From: an uncultured Poribacteria bacterium
Lineage (GTDB): Bacteria; Poribacteria; WGA-4E; WGA-3G
Assembly (NCBI GenBank): GCA_958296135.2
Contig: CATQHZ020000001.1
Coordinates: 3,296,001 to 3,360,000, forward strand
Direction: 5' to 3'
DNA: 64,000 bases
Within the stretch, counting starts at the first letter, position 1; each line of letters starts with the position of its first letter. Both the position numbers and the translations under genes were made by a program. This document shows positions 40,212 to 50,294 of this stretch, piece by piece. The notes under the pieces were generated by a model. It did not search any database. It was not told the DNA's origin and saw nothing but the letters and a program-made list of their open reading frames with translations.

Positions 40212-40268
40212 CTCTCTGCCCTAGCCCTCATCAAAAAATTATCGGTTCCCTGCCCAGAGAAAGTTAAC

Positions 40269-40928
40269 TCACCGAAAGGAACGACAGAATAATTGTGTAA
40301 AAAGCCGTATCTCGCGCAGCGGTTTGATGTCGCTTCGGTAATCGCCGTAGCAGGCTGCAATCGGTAAACTCTCTATCCGCAACCCGCGCCGCCCGGCTTT
40401 AATCAGCAGTTCTGACTCTGTCTCATACCGCTCTGTCTCAAGTTGTATCTGCGCTAAGACTGTGGCGCGAATAAGCCGATACCCAGACTGAAAATCTGGC
40501 ACTGTTTGCCCACATAACTTTGAACCGACAAACGAAATGAGCGCGTTATTGACGCGCCGATGCAGCGGCATCGTTTCTCGCGCCCTGACGCGCGCGCCGA
40601 TGAGGATATCAGGCTGTGTGCGCGTAAAATGTGCCAGAAAGCGAGGGATATCCGCTGGGGCGTGCTGTCCATCGCTATCCATGGTGAAAACTGCATCGTA
40701 GCCGCTAGCAAGCGCGTACGCGAAGCCTTTGCGGAGCGCGAACCCCTTGCCGCGATTCGGTGTATGCGCTAAACAGACTGCCCCGCTGTCCACCGCAATC
40801 TCGCCTGTCCTATCCAGAGAGCCATCGTCAATCACGACGATATCGCTGATGTAGGCAGCCGCCTCCTGAATAACCTGTCCTATCTGTTGTGATTCGTTGT
40901 AGGCCGGCAGAAGCAGGCAGATTTTCAT
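40269..40928 (-). CDS. glycosyltransferase family 2 (polyprenol-phosphate glycosyltransferase-like)
   Basis: PAYNE, IDDGSLD, NRGKG, MDSDGQH, DFQSGYR. Confidence 0.9.
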   Translation of the reverse strand: MKICLLLPAYNESQQIGQVIQEAAAYISDIVVIDDGSLDRTGEIAVDSGAVCLAHTPNRGKGFALRKGFAYALASGYDAVFTMDSDGQHAPADIPRFLAHFTRTQPDILIGARVRARETMPLHRRVNNALISFVGSKLCGQTVPDFQSGYRLIRATVLAQIQLETERYETESELLIKAGRRGLRIESLPIAACYGDYRSDIKPLREIRLFTQLFCRSFR

Positions 40929-41097
40929 CTCTTCGTCGTTCGCGAGGCGTAACCCTGTATCGCCGATGTTGGCCCACGAACGTGACATGGGGTTACGCTT
41001 TGCGCGCTACAGGAAACGCCCTATCCCGAAACTGTTTTTAAATTATACCACACGCCCGGATTTATGTCAACAAAATCTGATAAATGTGATACACTTT

Positions 41098-41192
41098 CCT
41101 TCGTTGTTCGCAAGGCGTTCGGTTAAGTTTGTTGGGGCACTAACGTCTGCTTGCATAACCTGTCATCGACGCTGTCGATGACTACGTTCCTG
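41098..41192 (-). repeat. intergenic family A element
   Basis: ACGTAGTCATCGACAGCGTCGATGAC…CCGAACGCCTTGCGAACAACGAAG on the minus strand. Confidence 0.88.
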
Positions 41193-41310
41193 GTGCTATT
41201 TTTTCTCTTGACAATTGTTGCAGTAACGAACGTGGTTTGAGAAAGTGACGCGATATCCTCAATTCACCGTTCTCTCCTGCAATCCTACAAAAAAATTGAA
41301 AGGTTCAAAC

Positions 41311-42228
41311 ATGAAATTTCCGACGCTATCAGAGACAAAACGCCTAGTGAGGCTACAGCCGCCCACCGGGCGCGTCCGAATGGTGCTTGACACCGATACC
41401 TATAATGAAATCGATGACCAGTTCGCTGTCGTCCACGCGATGCTATCGCCGAAACAACTTGACGTTGAGGCTATCTACGCCGCGCCTTTTCACAACAACC
41501 GCTCCTCCGGCCCCGAAGAAGGCATGGAGAAGAGTTACGATGAAATCCTGCGGCTTTTAGACTTCTTGGATGTCCCCACCGAAGGATTCGTCTATCGCGG
41601 TTCAACGGCATTCCTCTCCGATGCCGAGGCACCGGTGAAGAGCGAGGCAGCAACCGACATGGTGGCACGCGCAATGGAAACCGACACAGACGAACCGCTC
41701 TACGTCGTTGCCATCGGTGCTATCACGAACGTCGCCGCCGCTATCTTAATAGAACCGAAAATCATTGAGCGGATAGTCGTCGTCTGGCTTGGCGGCAATC
41801 CGTTGTACTGGCCGCACACGCGAGAGTTCAACCTGCAACAAGACGTGCTGAGCGCGCAGATAGTTCTCAATTGCGGCGTGCCGTTTGTCCATCTCCCCGC
41901 GCGCGGCGTTGTCTCGCACCTACTGACGACTGTGGCAGAAATGGAACGCTACGTCCAAGGACAAGGCAAAATCGGCGATTACCTCGTCGAAATCTTCAAA
42001 GATTACCACAGCGAGCACTTCGCCTGGTCGAAAGTGATCTGGGATATTTCGGCGACAGCGTACCTCGTCAACAGCAACTGGGTGCCAACAGAGGTTGTCC
42101 ACAGCCCCATCTTGACAGATGGAATGACGTGGAGTTTTGATAACAGGCGGCACTTCATGCGCGTTGCAACAAGCGTAGACCGGGATGCCATTTTCCGCGA
42201 CCTGTTTCAGAAGTTGCAGCACAGTTAA
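41311..42228 (+). CDS. inosine/uridine-preferring nucleoside hydrolase family protein
   Basis: DTDTYNEIDD, IGAITN, EFNL, IWD motifs. Confidence 0.85.
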   Translation: MKFPTLSETKRLVRLQPPTGRVRMVLDTDTYNEIDDQFAVVHAMLSPKQLDVEAIYAAPFHNNRSSGPEEGMEKSYDEILRLLDFLDVPTEGFVYRGSTAFLSDAEAPVKSEAATDMVARAMETDTDEPLYVVAIGAITNVAAAILIEPKIIERIVVVWLGGNPLYWPHTREFNLQQDVLSAQIVLNCGVPFVHLPARGVVSHLLTTVAEMERYVQGQGKIGDYLVEIFKDYHSEHFAWSKVIWDISATAYLVNSNWVPTEVVHSPILTDGMTWSFDNRRHFMRVATSVDRDAIFRDLFQKLQHS

Positions 42229-42299
42229 TCAGAAATTGGGCGGATAGAGACATCCGCCCTTACGTTACTGAGGACACGCTTCTTAAGTGCAACTCTTGG

Positions 42300-43109
42300 C
42301 TAACCCACCCACTCATCGCCGCAAATCACATCCAGCTGATCTTGCGGTTTATAGTAATCAGTAGGATGACGGTTTTCCCCCATATCGCCAAACAACCGTC
42401 GGCGACGCAAGGACATCCGTGCGAGCACTTCTGGCGGCAGCGTATCATAGTCGTAAGGGCGGCACCACATCTGTCCATACCGAAACGTGACACTCTTCCG
42501 AATCCGCTCTGTCCGATTCGGGCCGACACCGTGCCATAACGCCCACGGGAAAATGACTGCATCCCCTGCCTCCGCGAGGACTTGAATCGCGCCATCGGGA
42601 TACGTGCCTTTCGTAAACGCGTTTTCTGGGAAACGGTGTTTGTGGCTCCCCGGGACGCACATAAAATTGCCCTGGTCAGGTTCAGAAAGAGCTGTCAAGA
42701 AAAACTGGATTTTGAATTGCAGCGGCAGACTCTCCGGATGCGGATAGATGCGTTGAAGCGAGGGACCGGCATCGGTATGAAACGCCATCAGCGCATCTGG
42801 CTCAGGGTGCCGGACATAAATCTGCGTTCCCATGATTTGGAGGTAGGGCCCCATCAAGGCGAGGATAGTACCGAAGGTGCACGGATGATCGGTGAGCCTG
42901 TCCAGCGCGTCTGTCCGCTCAATCGCGCGAATGATGGTATACGCGCCTTTTCCGCCTTTCAGACTGGGCGTTTGCTGGACATACGTTTCAATTACCGTAT
43001 CCACAGCGATTAAAAGCGTCTCAATTTCAGTCGGTTTCAGCACCTGTTTGAGTAGCAAAAATCCTTGTTCATGCCACTGCTGCTGTTGGGCTTCGGTTAA
43101 GTGTTTCAC
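42300..43109 (-). CDS. phytanoyl-CoA dioxygenase family (Fe/2OG)
   Basis: HTD…PGSH…LWHG…R motifs; GGAGG RBS before GTG 43109. Confidence 0.88.
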   Translation of the reverse strand: MKHLTEAQQQQWHEQGFLLLKQVLKPTEIETLLIAVDTVIETYVQQTPSLKGGKGAYTIIRAIERTDALDRLTDHPCTFGTILALMGPYLQIMGTQIYVRHPEPDALMAFHTDAGPSLQRIYPHPESLPLQFKIQFFLTALSEPDQGNFMCVPGSHKHRFPENAFTKGTYPDGAIQVLAEAGDAVIFPWALWHGVGPNRTERIRKSVTFRYGQMWCRPYDYDTLPPEVLARMSLRRRRLFGDMGENRHPTDYYKPQDQLDVICGDEWVG

Positions 43110-43254
43110 GTTTTGCTGTTCCTCCCGGTAGCAACGGAGCGGGCAAGAAAATAATCGGTTCATTTTGGCGGGCGGATATAGAAATCCGCCCTGACGCTCT
43201 TGGCGCGTGCACGCGTTCCAAAAATGACTTCCTTAATTACTGAAACTTCATGAG

Positions 43255-43582
43255 CCCGCGCCATGATAGAAGGCACAAAGCGATAGCGAGGGACAGTGGA
43301 CATCTCTGCAGCGAGACTGCAGAGATGACAAAGTTAAAGGTAGCGTGTTTACGCGGGGCGACACACGCACATTTTCTGTAGACGTGACCGTGTTTACGCG
43401 GGGCGACACACGCACATTTTCTGTAGACGTGACCGTGTTTACGCGGGGCGACACACGCACGTTTGCTGTAGACGTGACCGTGTTTACGCGGGGCGACACA
43501 CGCACATTTTCTGTAGGCGTGACCGTAACGGCCCTCGCGCTACGGTTAAGGGGACCCCGCGCCATGATAGAAGGCACAAAGC
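43255..43582. repeat. composite repeat: 27 bp direct repeats flanking a split family F REP that contains four 45 bp tandem units
   Basis: CCCGCGCCATGATAGAAGGCACAAAGC at 43255 and 43556; 45 bp units start at 43345, 43390, 43435 and 43480. Confidence 0.9.
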
Positions 43583-43586
43583 CCTT

Positions 43587-44255
43587 CTAGTCAATCCGTT
43601 TGAGTCGGCCCCATGTAGTCGCCAACTTCTCACGCGCGTCAACGGCAAGGGTATCTTTGACGTTATCACCCGTAATCATAACATCGTCAAAACTCGCCCC
43701 GGTCTCCCATGCCCACACGCCGATCTTGCCGGTTTTGTAGGTGCTGTCCTCTTTCTCATCCTGCAGCTCACCGTTGATGTGCAGCTGGAAGGTGTCGCCT
43801 TCAACGACTACTTTGACATCAAACCACTCGCCGTTCTCTATCTTAAGTTTCCCGGCGGCGGGGATGTTGCTGGTAATCGCGACGCGCGTATCCCACACGC
43901 CCTTGCTGTGCTTCCACAACTCGGACTTGTTGTTCTGGACGTTGAGGTAGTAGATGTAGTATTCCATCTCGCTTTTCGCCCGGAAAACTAAGCCTGCCCA
44001 GTTGCCCTCGTCCATGCGGATTTTCGCCTCAACGGTATAGTCATCCCACTTCTCTTCGCCGACGAGGGAATGTTCGGCTTTCCCCCCTTTCTCAACTTGG
44101 TAGATGCCGCCCTTGATTGCCCACTTGCCGTTGGCGACTTCCCAGTCATCGTGCTTCTCCTCAAAATCCCACAGTTGCGTCCCGCTCCACGCGGGAAGGC
44201 AAAGTGCTACGCCGCAGAAGATAATGAGGTTTAAGGCAATAGCCATCTTTCTCAT
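43587..44255 (-). CDS. secreted DUF1080/concanavalin-like protein with KLATTWGRLK tail
   Basis: Signal peptide, WDDYTVEAKI, GKIG, FDDV; terminal AVDAREKLATTWGRLK. Confidence 0.75.
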   Translation of the reverse strand: MRKMAIALNLIIFCGVALCLPAWSGTQLWDFEEKHDDWEVANGKWAIKGGIYQVEKGGKAEHSLVGEEKWDDYTVEAKIRMDEGNWAGLVFRAKSEMEYYIYYLNVQNNKSELWKHSKGVWDTRVAITSNIPAAGKLKIENGEWFDVKVVVEGDTFQLHINGELQDEKEDSTYKTGKIGVWAWETGASFDDVMITGDNVKDTLAVDAREKLATTWGRLKRID

Positions 44256-44551
44256 ACGTTTTCTCCTTTTGCATTCGTATTCAAATAGGACTTACGCAAA
44301 TGCCATGATTCAACGCCCGTAGGTGCCCCACTTTGTGGAAAGAGAAACCGCGCCGATGCAGTTCATTCTACCGTAAGTGAGCCCCCGGGTCTTGACGCGC
44401 GCGTCTGCGGAAGTCCAGTAACAAATAGTATATCATCATACCCGAAAAAAGTCAAAACTTATTAATTGGAAATTTTATTGGGTTTGCGGTATACTGCAAT
44501 TGTTCGCCCGCGCACGCGGGATAAATTTAGACTTTCAAGGAGCATCATAAC

Positions 44552-45544
44552 ATGCACACATTCCGACATCATTGGATTTCTATAACACTTCTTCTCGCCT
44601 GTCTCGCGATCGGGGTAACAGAAACTCCCGCCGCTGTGAAGATTGGCCTCATTTACGATGTCCGCGGCCGTGGAGATCTCTCCTTTAACGATGCCGCCTA
44701 CGCTGGTGCGAAAAAAGCCGCTGATGAATTTAATCTTAAACTCACAGAGGTGAACCCCGGTCAGAGCACCGACACCGAATTAGCACTCCGCCGGCTTGCG
44801 AAACTCAAATATGAGATTATCATCGGCGTTGGGTTTCGGTTCCGCGACCCGATTCACCGCGTGGCGGGTGAGTTTCCGAGCGTCAAATTCGCGCTAATCG
44901 ACGAGGTAGTCCCTATGCCGAACGTCGCCTCGCTCACCTATCGCGCCCAGGAAGGCACGTTCCTGGCTGGTGTTATCGCCGCGCTCAAAACAGAGACGAA
45001 CCGCATCGGTTTTATCGGCGGGATGAAAATCCCGCTGTTGGAAGCGTTTGAGATTGGCTTCGATGCCGGGCGGCAGGCAGCCAACCCCGATGTCCAGCTG
45101 CTCGTTGACTATGTCGGTGTCACACCACAAGCCTTCGATGATCCTGCGAAAGGGAAGGAGTTGGCAATTGCGCAGTATAACAAAGGCGCGGATGTCATCA
45201 TCGCGGCAGCCGGTGCGAGTGGGTTGGGCATCCTCGAAGCGGCGAAGTCACTGAAAAAATGGATTATCTGGGTGGATTCAAACGGCAACCATCTTGCCCC
45301 TGGGCTCGTCCTCACCAGCATCATCAAAGGGGTAGAAATCTCTGTCTATGAGACGATAAAAAGCGTTCACGAGGGCACTTTCACCGGTGGGCAAAAGGAT
45401 TATGGACTGAAAGAAGATGGCGTGGAATACACAGTGGATGACGACAACCGCGCACTGCTCTCGGACGACATTTTGGAACAAGTTGAGGCGTTTAAGGCGA
45501 AAATTATCGCTGGCGAAATCGTCGTCCCCTACAAAAGGGAATAG
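44552..45544 (+). CDS. BMP-family ABC substrate-binding protein (nucleoside type)
   Basis: GDLSFN, IGFIGG, GADVI.AAAG, YGLKEDGV. Confidence 0.9.
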   Translation: MHTFRHHWISITLLLACLAIGVTETPAAVKIGLIYDVRGRGDLSFNDAAYAGAKKAADEFNLKLTEVNPGQSTDTELALRRLAKLKYEIIIGVGFRFRDPIHRVAGEFPSVKFALIDEVVPMPNVASLTYRAQEGTFLAGVIAALKTETNRIGFIGGMKIPLLEAFEIGFDAGRQAANPDVQLLVDYVGVTPQAFDDPAKGKELAIAQYNKGADVIIAAAGASGLGILEAAKSLKKWIIWVDSNGNHLAPGLVLTSIIKGVEISVYETIKSVHEGTFTGGQKDYGLKEDGVEYTVDDDNRALLSDDILEQVEAFKAKIIAGEIVVPYKRE

Positions 45545-45652
45545 AAAATACCGACGCGGCGAGAGTGTCAGGGTGGATTTCTATATCAGCCTGTTACCTC
45601 CAAGGGCGACAGGCGGATACGGACATTCGCCACTACGAGCACAGCACGGAAA

Positions 45653-47347
45653 ATGACACACAAACCCATCATAGAAATGCGCGGCATCAGCAAACGGTTT
45701 GGACAGGTGCAGGCGAACGCCGCCGTGGATTTCACGCTACGCCGCGGGGAAATCCACGCCATCGTCGGAGAAAACGGGGCCGGCAAATCTACGTTGATGA
45801 AGATTCTCTACGGACTTTATCAACCGGATGCAGGCGAGCTCGCCGTTAATGGACACCGCGTGGATATTTCTTCCACTCGGCGAGCGATGCGCCTCGGCTT
45901 AGGGATGATACAGCAGCACTTCACGCTCATCCCTGTCTTCACCGCGCTGCAGAACATTATCCTCGCGAAAGAGCCCCGCAAATTCAGAGCCTTCCTCAAT
46001 TACCAGAAGGCGGAAGCGGAAGTAATGGCTCTCGCCGCGCAACTCGGATTTCAGGTGCCTTTGAATACACCGATTGAATCTCTGCCGATTGGCGCGCAAC
46101 AGCACACCGAAATCTTGAAGGCACTCTACCATGGCGCGGAAATCCTTATCATGGATGAGCCCACAGCAGTGCTAGCACCGCAAGAGATTGAGGGCCTCTT
46201 TCGTTGTATGCACGGCCTCAGACAGGAAGGGAAAAGCCTCGTCATCATCACGCACAAACTTGACGAGGTAATGGCGATAGCCGATACCGTCACGGTGATG
46301 CGGCGCGGAAAGACGGTGGCATCTTTGCCGACTGCCAAAACTGATGCTACACAGCTAGCGGAACTGATGCTCGGTGAGCCTGTCGCACGTCATAACGTGG
46401 CAGGAGGCCCCCAGGCGGGGGGCCGTCGTGAACCGACTGCTTCTCATGCCGTAGGGCGAGGGCCCGTCCCGCACCAGGCACCCCTGCTCCGCTTGGAAAA
46501 CGTCACTGTGCAGGAACAGCAGAAACATAAGTCTTCACAACTTGAAGACAGGCTGCTAAGGCAACTCAAAGCGTTACGTAGGGCGAGGGCCTGTCCCTCG
46601 CCAGGCCAAACAACCGCTAGGGACAACAAAAACGCAACCGGGCGGGCACTCCTACAAGGAATCACCCTTGAGGTGCATCGGGGCGAAATCGTCGGGATAG
46701 CGGGTGTCGAAGGGAATGGACAGACTGAACTTGTTGAGGCATTGACTGGGCTCCGCCAGATTCACGGCGGCACCCTCACCTTAAACGGGGAGGCGATGCG
46801 TGAAGACCCGGCCCTGCTCCGCGAGAAAGGGGTGGCGCACCTGCCAGCTGATAGGCACCGCCACGGCATCAGCCTCAATGACCGGCTCGACGAAAATTTC
46901 ATCATCGGACGGCATAGAAAAAAGCAATTCAGCCGCTACGGCCTGCTGCAACACAAATCTATCCAACGCTTCGCGGCGAACGCGCTGGCGAAATATGACA
47001 TCCGCGTAGGAGATATTGCGCAGCCGATTCGGACGCTCTCCGGGGGCAATCAGCAAAAGGTAGTCGTCGCGCGGGAATTGGCAGGCGGTAGACCGGCTCC
47101 GGAACTCATCATCGCCGCGCATCCGACGCGCGGGTTAGATATCCATGCAGCAAGATTTGTCCACACACGCCTCTTTCAAGCACGCAACAGCGGTAAAGCC
47201 ATTCTCCTCGTTTCCTCTGAGTTGGAAGAACTGCTTCACCTCAGTGACAGAATCGCTGTGATGTTCAACGGACAAATCGCCGGAATTGTCAAACCAGAAG
47301 AGACAGACATGTCAGAACTCGGCGCGTTGATGCTCGGATTGAGCTGA
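45653..47347 (+). CDS. nucleoside/sugar ABC ATPase (two NBDs) with REP-derived inserts
   Basis: GENGAGKST, MDEPT, AGVEGNGQ, LSGGNQQK, PTRGLD. Confidence 0.9.
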   Translation: MTHKPIIEMRGISKRFGQVQANAAVDFTLRRGEIHAIVGENGAGKSTLMKILYGLYQPDAGELAVNGHRVDISSTRRAMRLGLGMIQQHFTLIPVFTALQNIILAKEPRKFRAFLNYQKAEAEVMALAAQLGFQVPLNTPIESLPIGAQQHTEILKALYHGAEILIMDEPTAVLAPQEIEGLFRCMHGLRQEGKSLVIITHKLDEVMAIADTVTVMRRGKTVASLPTAKTDATQLAELMLGEPVARHNVAGGPQAGGRREPTASHAVGRGPVPHQAPLLRLENVTVQEQQKHKSSQLEDRLLRQLKALRRARACPSPGQTTARDNKNATGRALLQGITLEVHRGEIVGIAGVEGNGQTELVEALTGLRQIHGGTLTLNGEAMREDPALLREKGVAHLPADRHRHGISLNDRLDENFIIGRHRKKQFSRYGLLQHKSIQRFAANALAKYDIRVGDIAQPIRTLSGGNQQKVVVARELAGGRPAPELIIAAHPTRGLDIHAARFVHTRLFQARNSGKAILLVSSELEELLHLSDRIAVMFNGQIAGIVKPEETDMSELGALMLGLS

Positions 47348-47399
47348 GCGAGTCCCAGTAGGAAAGACCTCCGTTACGCCTATCCTATAGGAGATCAAA

Positions 47400-48230
47400 A
47401 TGATTATTGATTCACACACGCATGCCTGGCCCCGGTGGCCCTATCAACCGCCTGTTCCCGACGATGAGAGCCGGGGCAGGGTCGAACAACTCCTCCACGA
47501 AATGGATTTGCACAATGTCGACCGGGCAGTGCTTATCTGCGCGCGTATTGATAGGAATGCCGATAACAACGATTATGTCGCGCAGTGTGTCAAACGCTAT
47601 CCGGAACGGCTCATCCAGTTTGCCGATGTCGATTGCTCTTGGACAGAAACGTATCACACGCCGGGTGCAGCGGAGCGGCTCAAAATTGCCGCCCAGACTT
47701 ACTCGCTTAAAGGCTACACGCATTATCTCAGAGGCGATGACGATGGAAGTTGGTTCTTTTCAGAGGAAGGACAACGCTTCTTTCAGACGACAGCAGACCT
47801 CGGTTTGATTGCCAGCATCGCAATGGGCGGCCATCAGCACGCGCCTTTGCAAAAACTGGCGGCTCAGTTTCCGACTATCCCCTTCCTGTGCCATCACATG
47901 GCGGGCACACGGGTAGGTGAAGCCGCGCAATTCAAACAGGTGCTCGCCGCCGCGAAGGTGCCGAATATCTACGTGAAGATGTCGGGATTCGCCTACGTTT
48001 CACAGGTTTCGTGGGATTATCCGTATTCGGATACACACGAGATTGTCCGCGCGCTCTATGAACATTTCGGCCCAGGCCGGCTCTGTTGGGGTTCAGATTA
48101 TCCGGTGGTGCGTTCGTTCATGACATATCAACACGCGCTGGAGGCGTTTCGCACGCATTGCACGTTCATTCCGGAGGCAGACAAGGCGCAGATCTTGGGC
48201 GGCACGCTTCAGGGATTGCTGCGCGAATAA
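47400..48230 (+). CDS. amidohydrolase (Amidohydro_2 family)
   Basis: IDSHTH, HHMA, YVKMSG, WGSDYP. Confidence 0.88.
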   Translation: MIIDSHTHAWPRWPYQPPVPDDESRGRVEQLLHEMDLHNVDRAVLICARIDRNADNNDYVAQCVKRYPERLIQFADVDCSWTETYHTPGAAERLKIAAQTYSLKGYTHYLRGDDDGSWFFSEEGQRFFQTTADLGLIASIAMGGHQHAPLQKLAAQFPTIPFLCHHMAGTRVGEAAQFKQVLAAAKVPNIYVKMSGFAYVSQVSWDYPYSDTHEIVRALYEHFGPGRLCWGSDYPVVRSFMTYQHALEAFRTHCTFIPEADKAQILGGTLQGLLRE

Positions 48231-48261
48231 GCCGCGCCTATTTTCCTTCTGCAAATAAAGT

Positions 48262-48492
48262 TCAAATGAAACTCTTGATTAATGCGCCAATCGCGACTAG
48301 CATAGCTGCGGCGGCAATCCATTCCGCGCGACGCGCGCGGGCACCGATAGCCGCTTTCTCGCGTCCTTCCAACTTGCCGCGAATAAAGTCGACATCGCGT
48401 ACCACGCTGAGAATATGCGTTTGCATCGCCTCCAAGCGCGCGTTTGTCTCCTGTCGCAGGGATTCAATGGCTTGCAATATCTGCTCAGTCAC
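48262..48492 (-). CDS. small coiled-coil protein with C-terminal TM anchor
   Basis: GGAGG RBS before GTG, heptad pattern, hydrophobic C-terminus. Confidence 0.5.
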   Translation of the reverse strand: MTEQILQAIESLRQETNARLEAMQTHILSVVRDVDFIRGKLEGREKAAIGARARRAEWIAAAAMLVAIGALIKSFI

Positions 48493-48776
48493 GGTTAATC
48501 CTCCGTTGGTAGTTAGGGCAAGGTTTAAGGGCTCGCGCTATCGGTATCAATTATTATACACGATTTCATTGCGATTGTCACACTTTTTTGCGGAAACTCT
48601 CAATTTTTCCCTTGTTTTTTTTATACAAAACGGGTATAATAAATTAGCAACGGACGCAACCCATCTTGCGTCACGTATTTAAGTACAGTAGGGCGAGGGC
48701 CCGGCGATAACGAATCGCCGAGGGTTCCCCTCGCCGTGTCCGATTAGAACTGTAAACTGCATAGGAGGAAAAACAG

Positions 48777-49430
48777 ATGAAAAAGGTTTTTGTTTGGACA
48801 ACGCTCGCGCTTATTCTCACGGCAAGCGTAGCATTCGCAACGCAGCTCCCGAGCGTGCAAGGCGAATATATTGAGGCGCGCGCCGCAAGCGTCTACACCG
48901 GCGCATGCCACTTCGGCGCCGAATTTGTGGACGGTGGCAAAGAGGCGACTCTCGTCTGGCACATTCAGCGCGGGACCTGGAACGAAGTACCGCTGGAGGG
49001 CTTAACTGCTGTGGCCATCGTCACTGCCAAGAAGAACTTGGCAATCGATACCGAAACCCGTAAGAGTGTGCTATACGTCAACACGGAAACTACGGCGGCA
49101 CAGCGCACCGCACTCCGAGAGATGTTGGCGACAACGCAGACAGAAGTCCTCGGCGACATCGTTGCTACGCAAACGGCACCGATTGCCTTTACCAAGAAAG
49201 GCACGCAATACGATGTCACAGTAGGCGAAGTCCTCGCGCTTTCAGTGAACCGCTATCCGTGCGCGGCATGCACGCAACCGCTTCAAATCTGGTATGAACC
49301 GCTGATGAACATTCAGAACGCCATCGTCGGCAAATCGGAAGTCTATCGCTACAAAGACACGCATCTCCCCGTGACATGGCATCAAGGCGACGCGGTGAAC
49401 AACGTCTTCGTCGGCGATTTCTCCATGTAA
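48777..49430 (+). CDS. DUF1326-like secreted protein
   Basis: Signal peptide, GEYIEAR…VYTGACHFGAE motif, AGGAGG RBS. Confidence 0.7.
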   Translation: MKKVFVWTTLALILTASVAFATQLPSVQGEYIEARAASVYTGACHFGAEFVDGGKEATLVWHIQRGTWNEVPLEGLTAVAIVTAKKNLAIDTETRKSVLYVNTETTAAQRTALREMLATTQTEVLGDIVATQTAPIAFTKKGTQYDVTVGEVLALSVNRYPCAACTQPLQIWYEPLMNIQNAIVGKSEVYRYKDTHLPVTWHQGDAVNNVFVGDFSM

Positions 49431-49739
49431 CCGAGCCCAACGTTACGTTTGGCGAGGGCCTGGCCCTCGCCAAACAACAAACAACGCCGAAACGAACCGT
49501 AGGGCGGGGGCCTGTCCCCCGCCAATATCACCTAAAAATACCCGACTTACATCTCCGCTCTCCACACCTAAATAACTTGCTAAATTTGTTACCTAATTCT
49601 CAATTCTTTCGTTAACATTTACTGAAACCTGCCAGAAGGAAAAGAACCATTCCGAATAAAAGAAGGCTAGGTCCTGAATGGCTAGCGTTTCGGTGATTGG
49701 CAGGTAAAAATTAATAAAATCTCAGAAAAGGCGGTCCCT

Positions 49740-50294
49740 ATGGACGAAACTGTTGAGGAATATCAGAAAGAACTCCTCTGGCGGACAGCGGCGGAGACCT
49801 TCTATCGTGTGGCGTATGCGGAGGGGCTTATCACCTCTGTGATCCGTGCTTGGCGGCCGATTGATAGCTTCATCAAAAGCATGGTGACGCTCACGACTAT
49901 CGCCTCCGTAATGCTTGGATGGGCGGTGTGGGGCACCCCGGTAGTTGAAGCCGCCGGCACCGACTTAGGGAAGATGATATGGCTGGCAGTGGCCGGCACC
50001 GCGGCATTCTTAAGCCTGTTACATGTCATCTTCAAAATCTCCGACCGGATGGAGGACCTGAGCCACAACGCGCAGTATTTCAAGAGCCTACGTCTCAATC
50101 TGGAACGGTTCATCTATGAGATGGAGATCGATCCGGATTTCCCACTCGAACAATTCAAAACCACGTTTGAGTTGTATCGGGAATGGCTGCTTGTCGGCTC
50201 GCAAATGTTGAAGGATGACCTCCTCCTCACGCGCAGACGGCGGCTGAAGGTTCAGAGAAAGTTGAATCAACAAATGGGAGACATGATTCTATGA
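49740..50294 (+). CDS. two-TM protein, SLATT-like
   Basis: Two adjacent TM helices followed by a helical domain (…YFKSLRLNLERF…). Confidence 0.5.
   Translation: MDETVEEYQKELLWRTAAETFYRVAYAEGLITSVIRAWRPIDSFIKSMVTLTTIASVMLGWAVWGTPVVEAAGTDLGKMIWLAVAGTAAFLSLLHVIFKISDRMEDLSHNAQYFKSLRLNLERFIYEMEIDPDFPLEQFKTTFELYREWLLVGSQMLKDDLLLTRRRRLKVQRKLNQQMGDMIL

Noticed and set aside
43345-43524. CRISPR array or a real repeat protein (ORFs 43248-43577, 43345-43590)
   Set aside because: Pure 45 bp tandem repeat; the ORFs stay open only because 45 is a multiple of 3, and there is no clear RBS.
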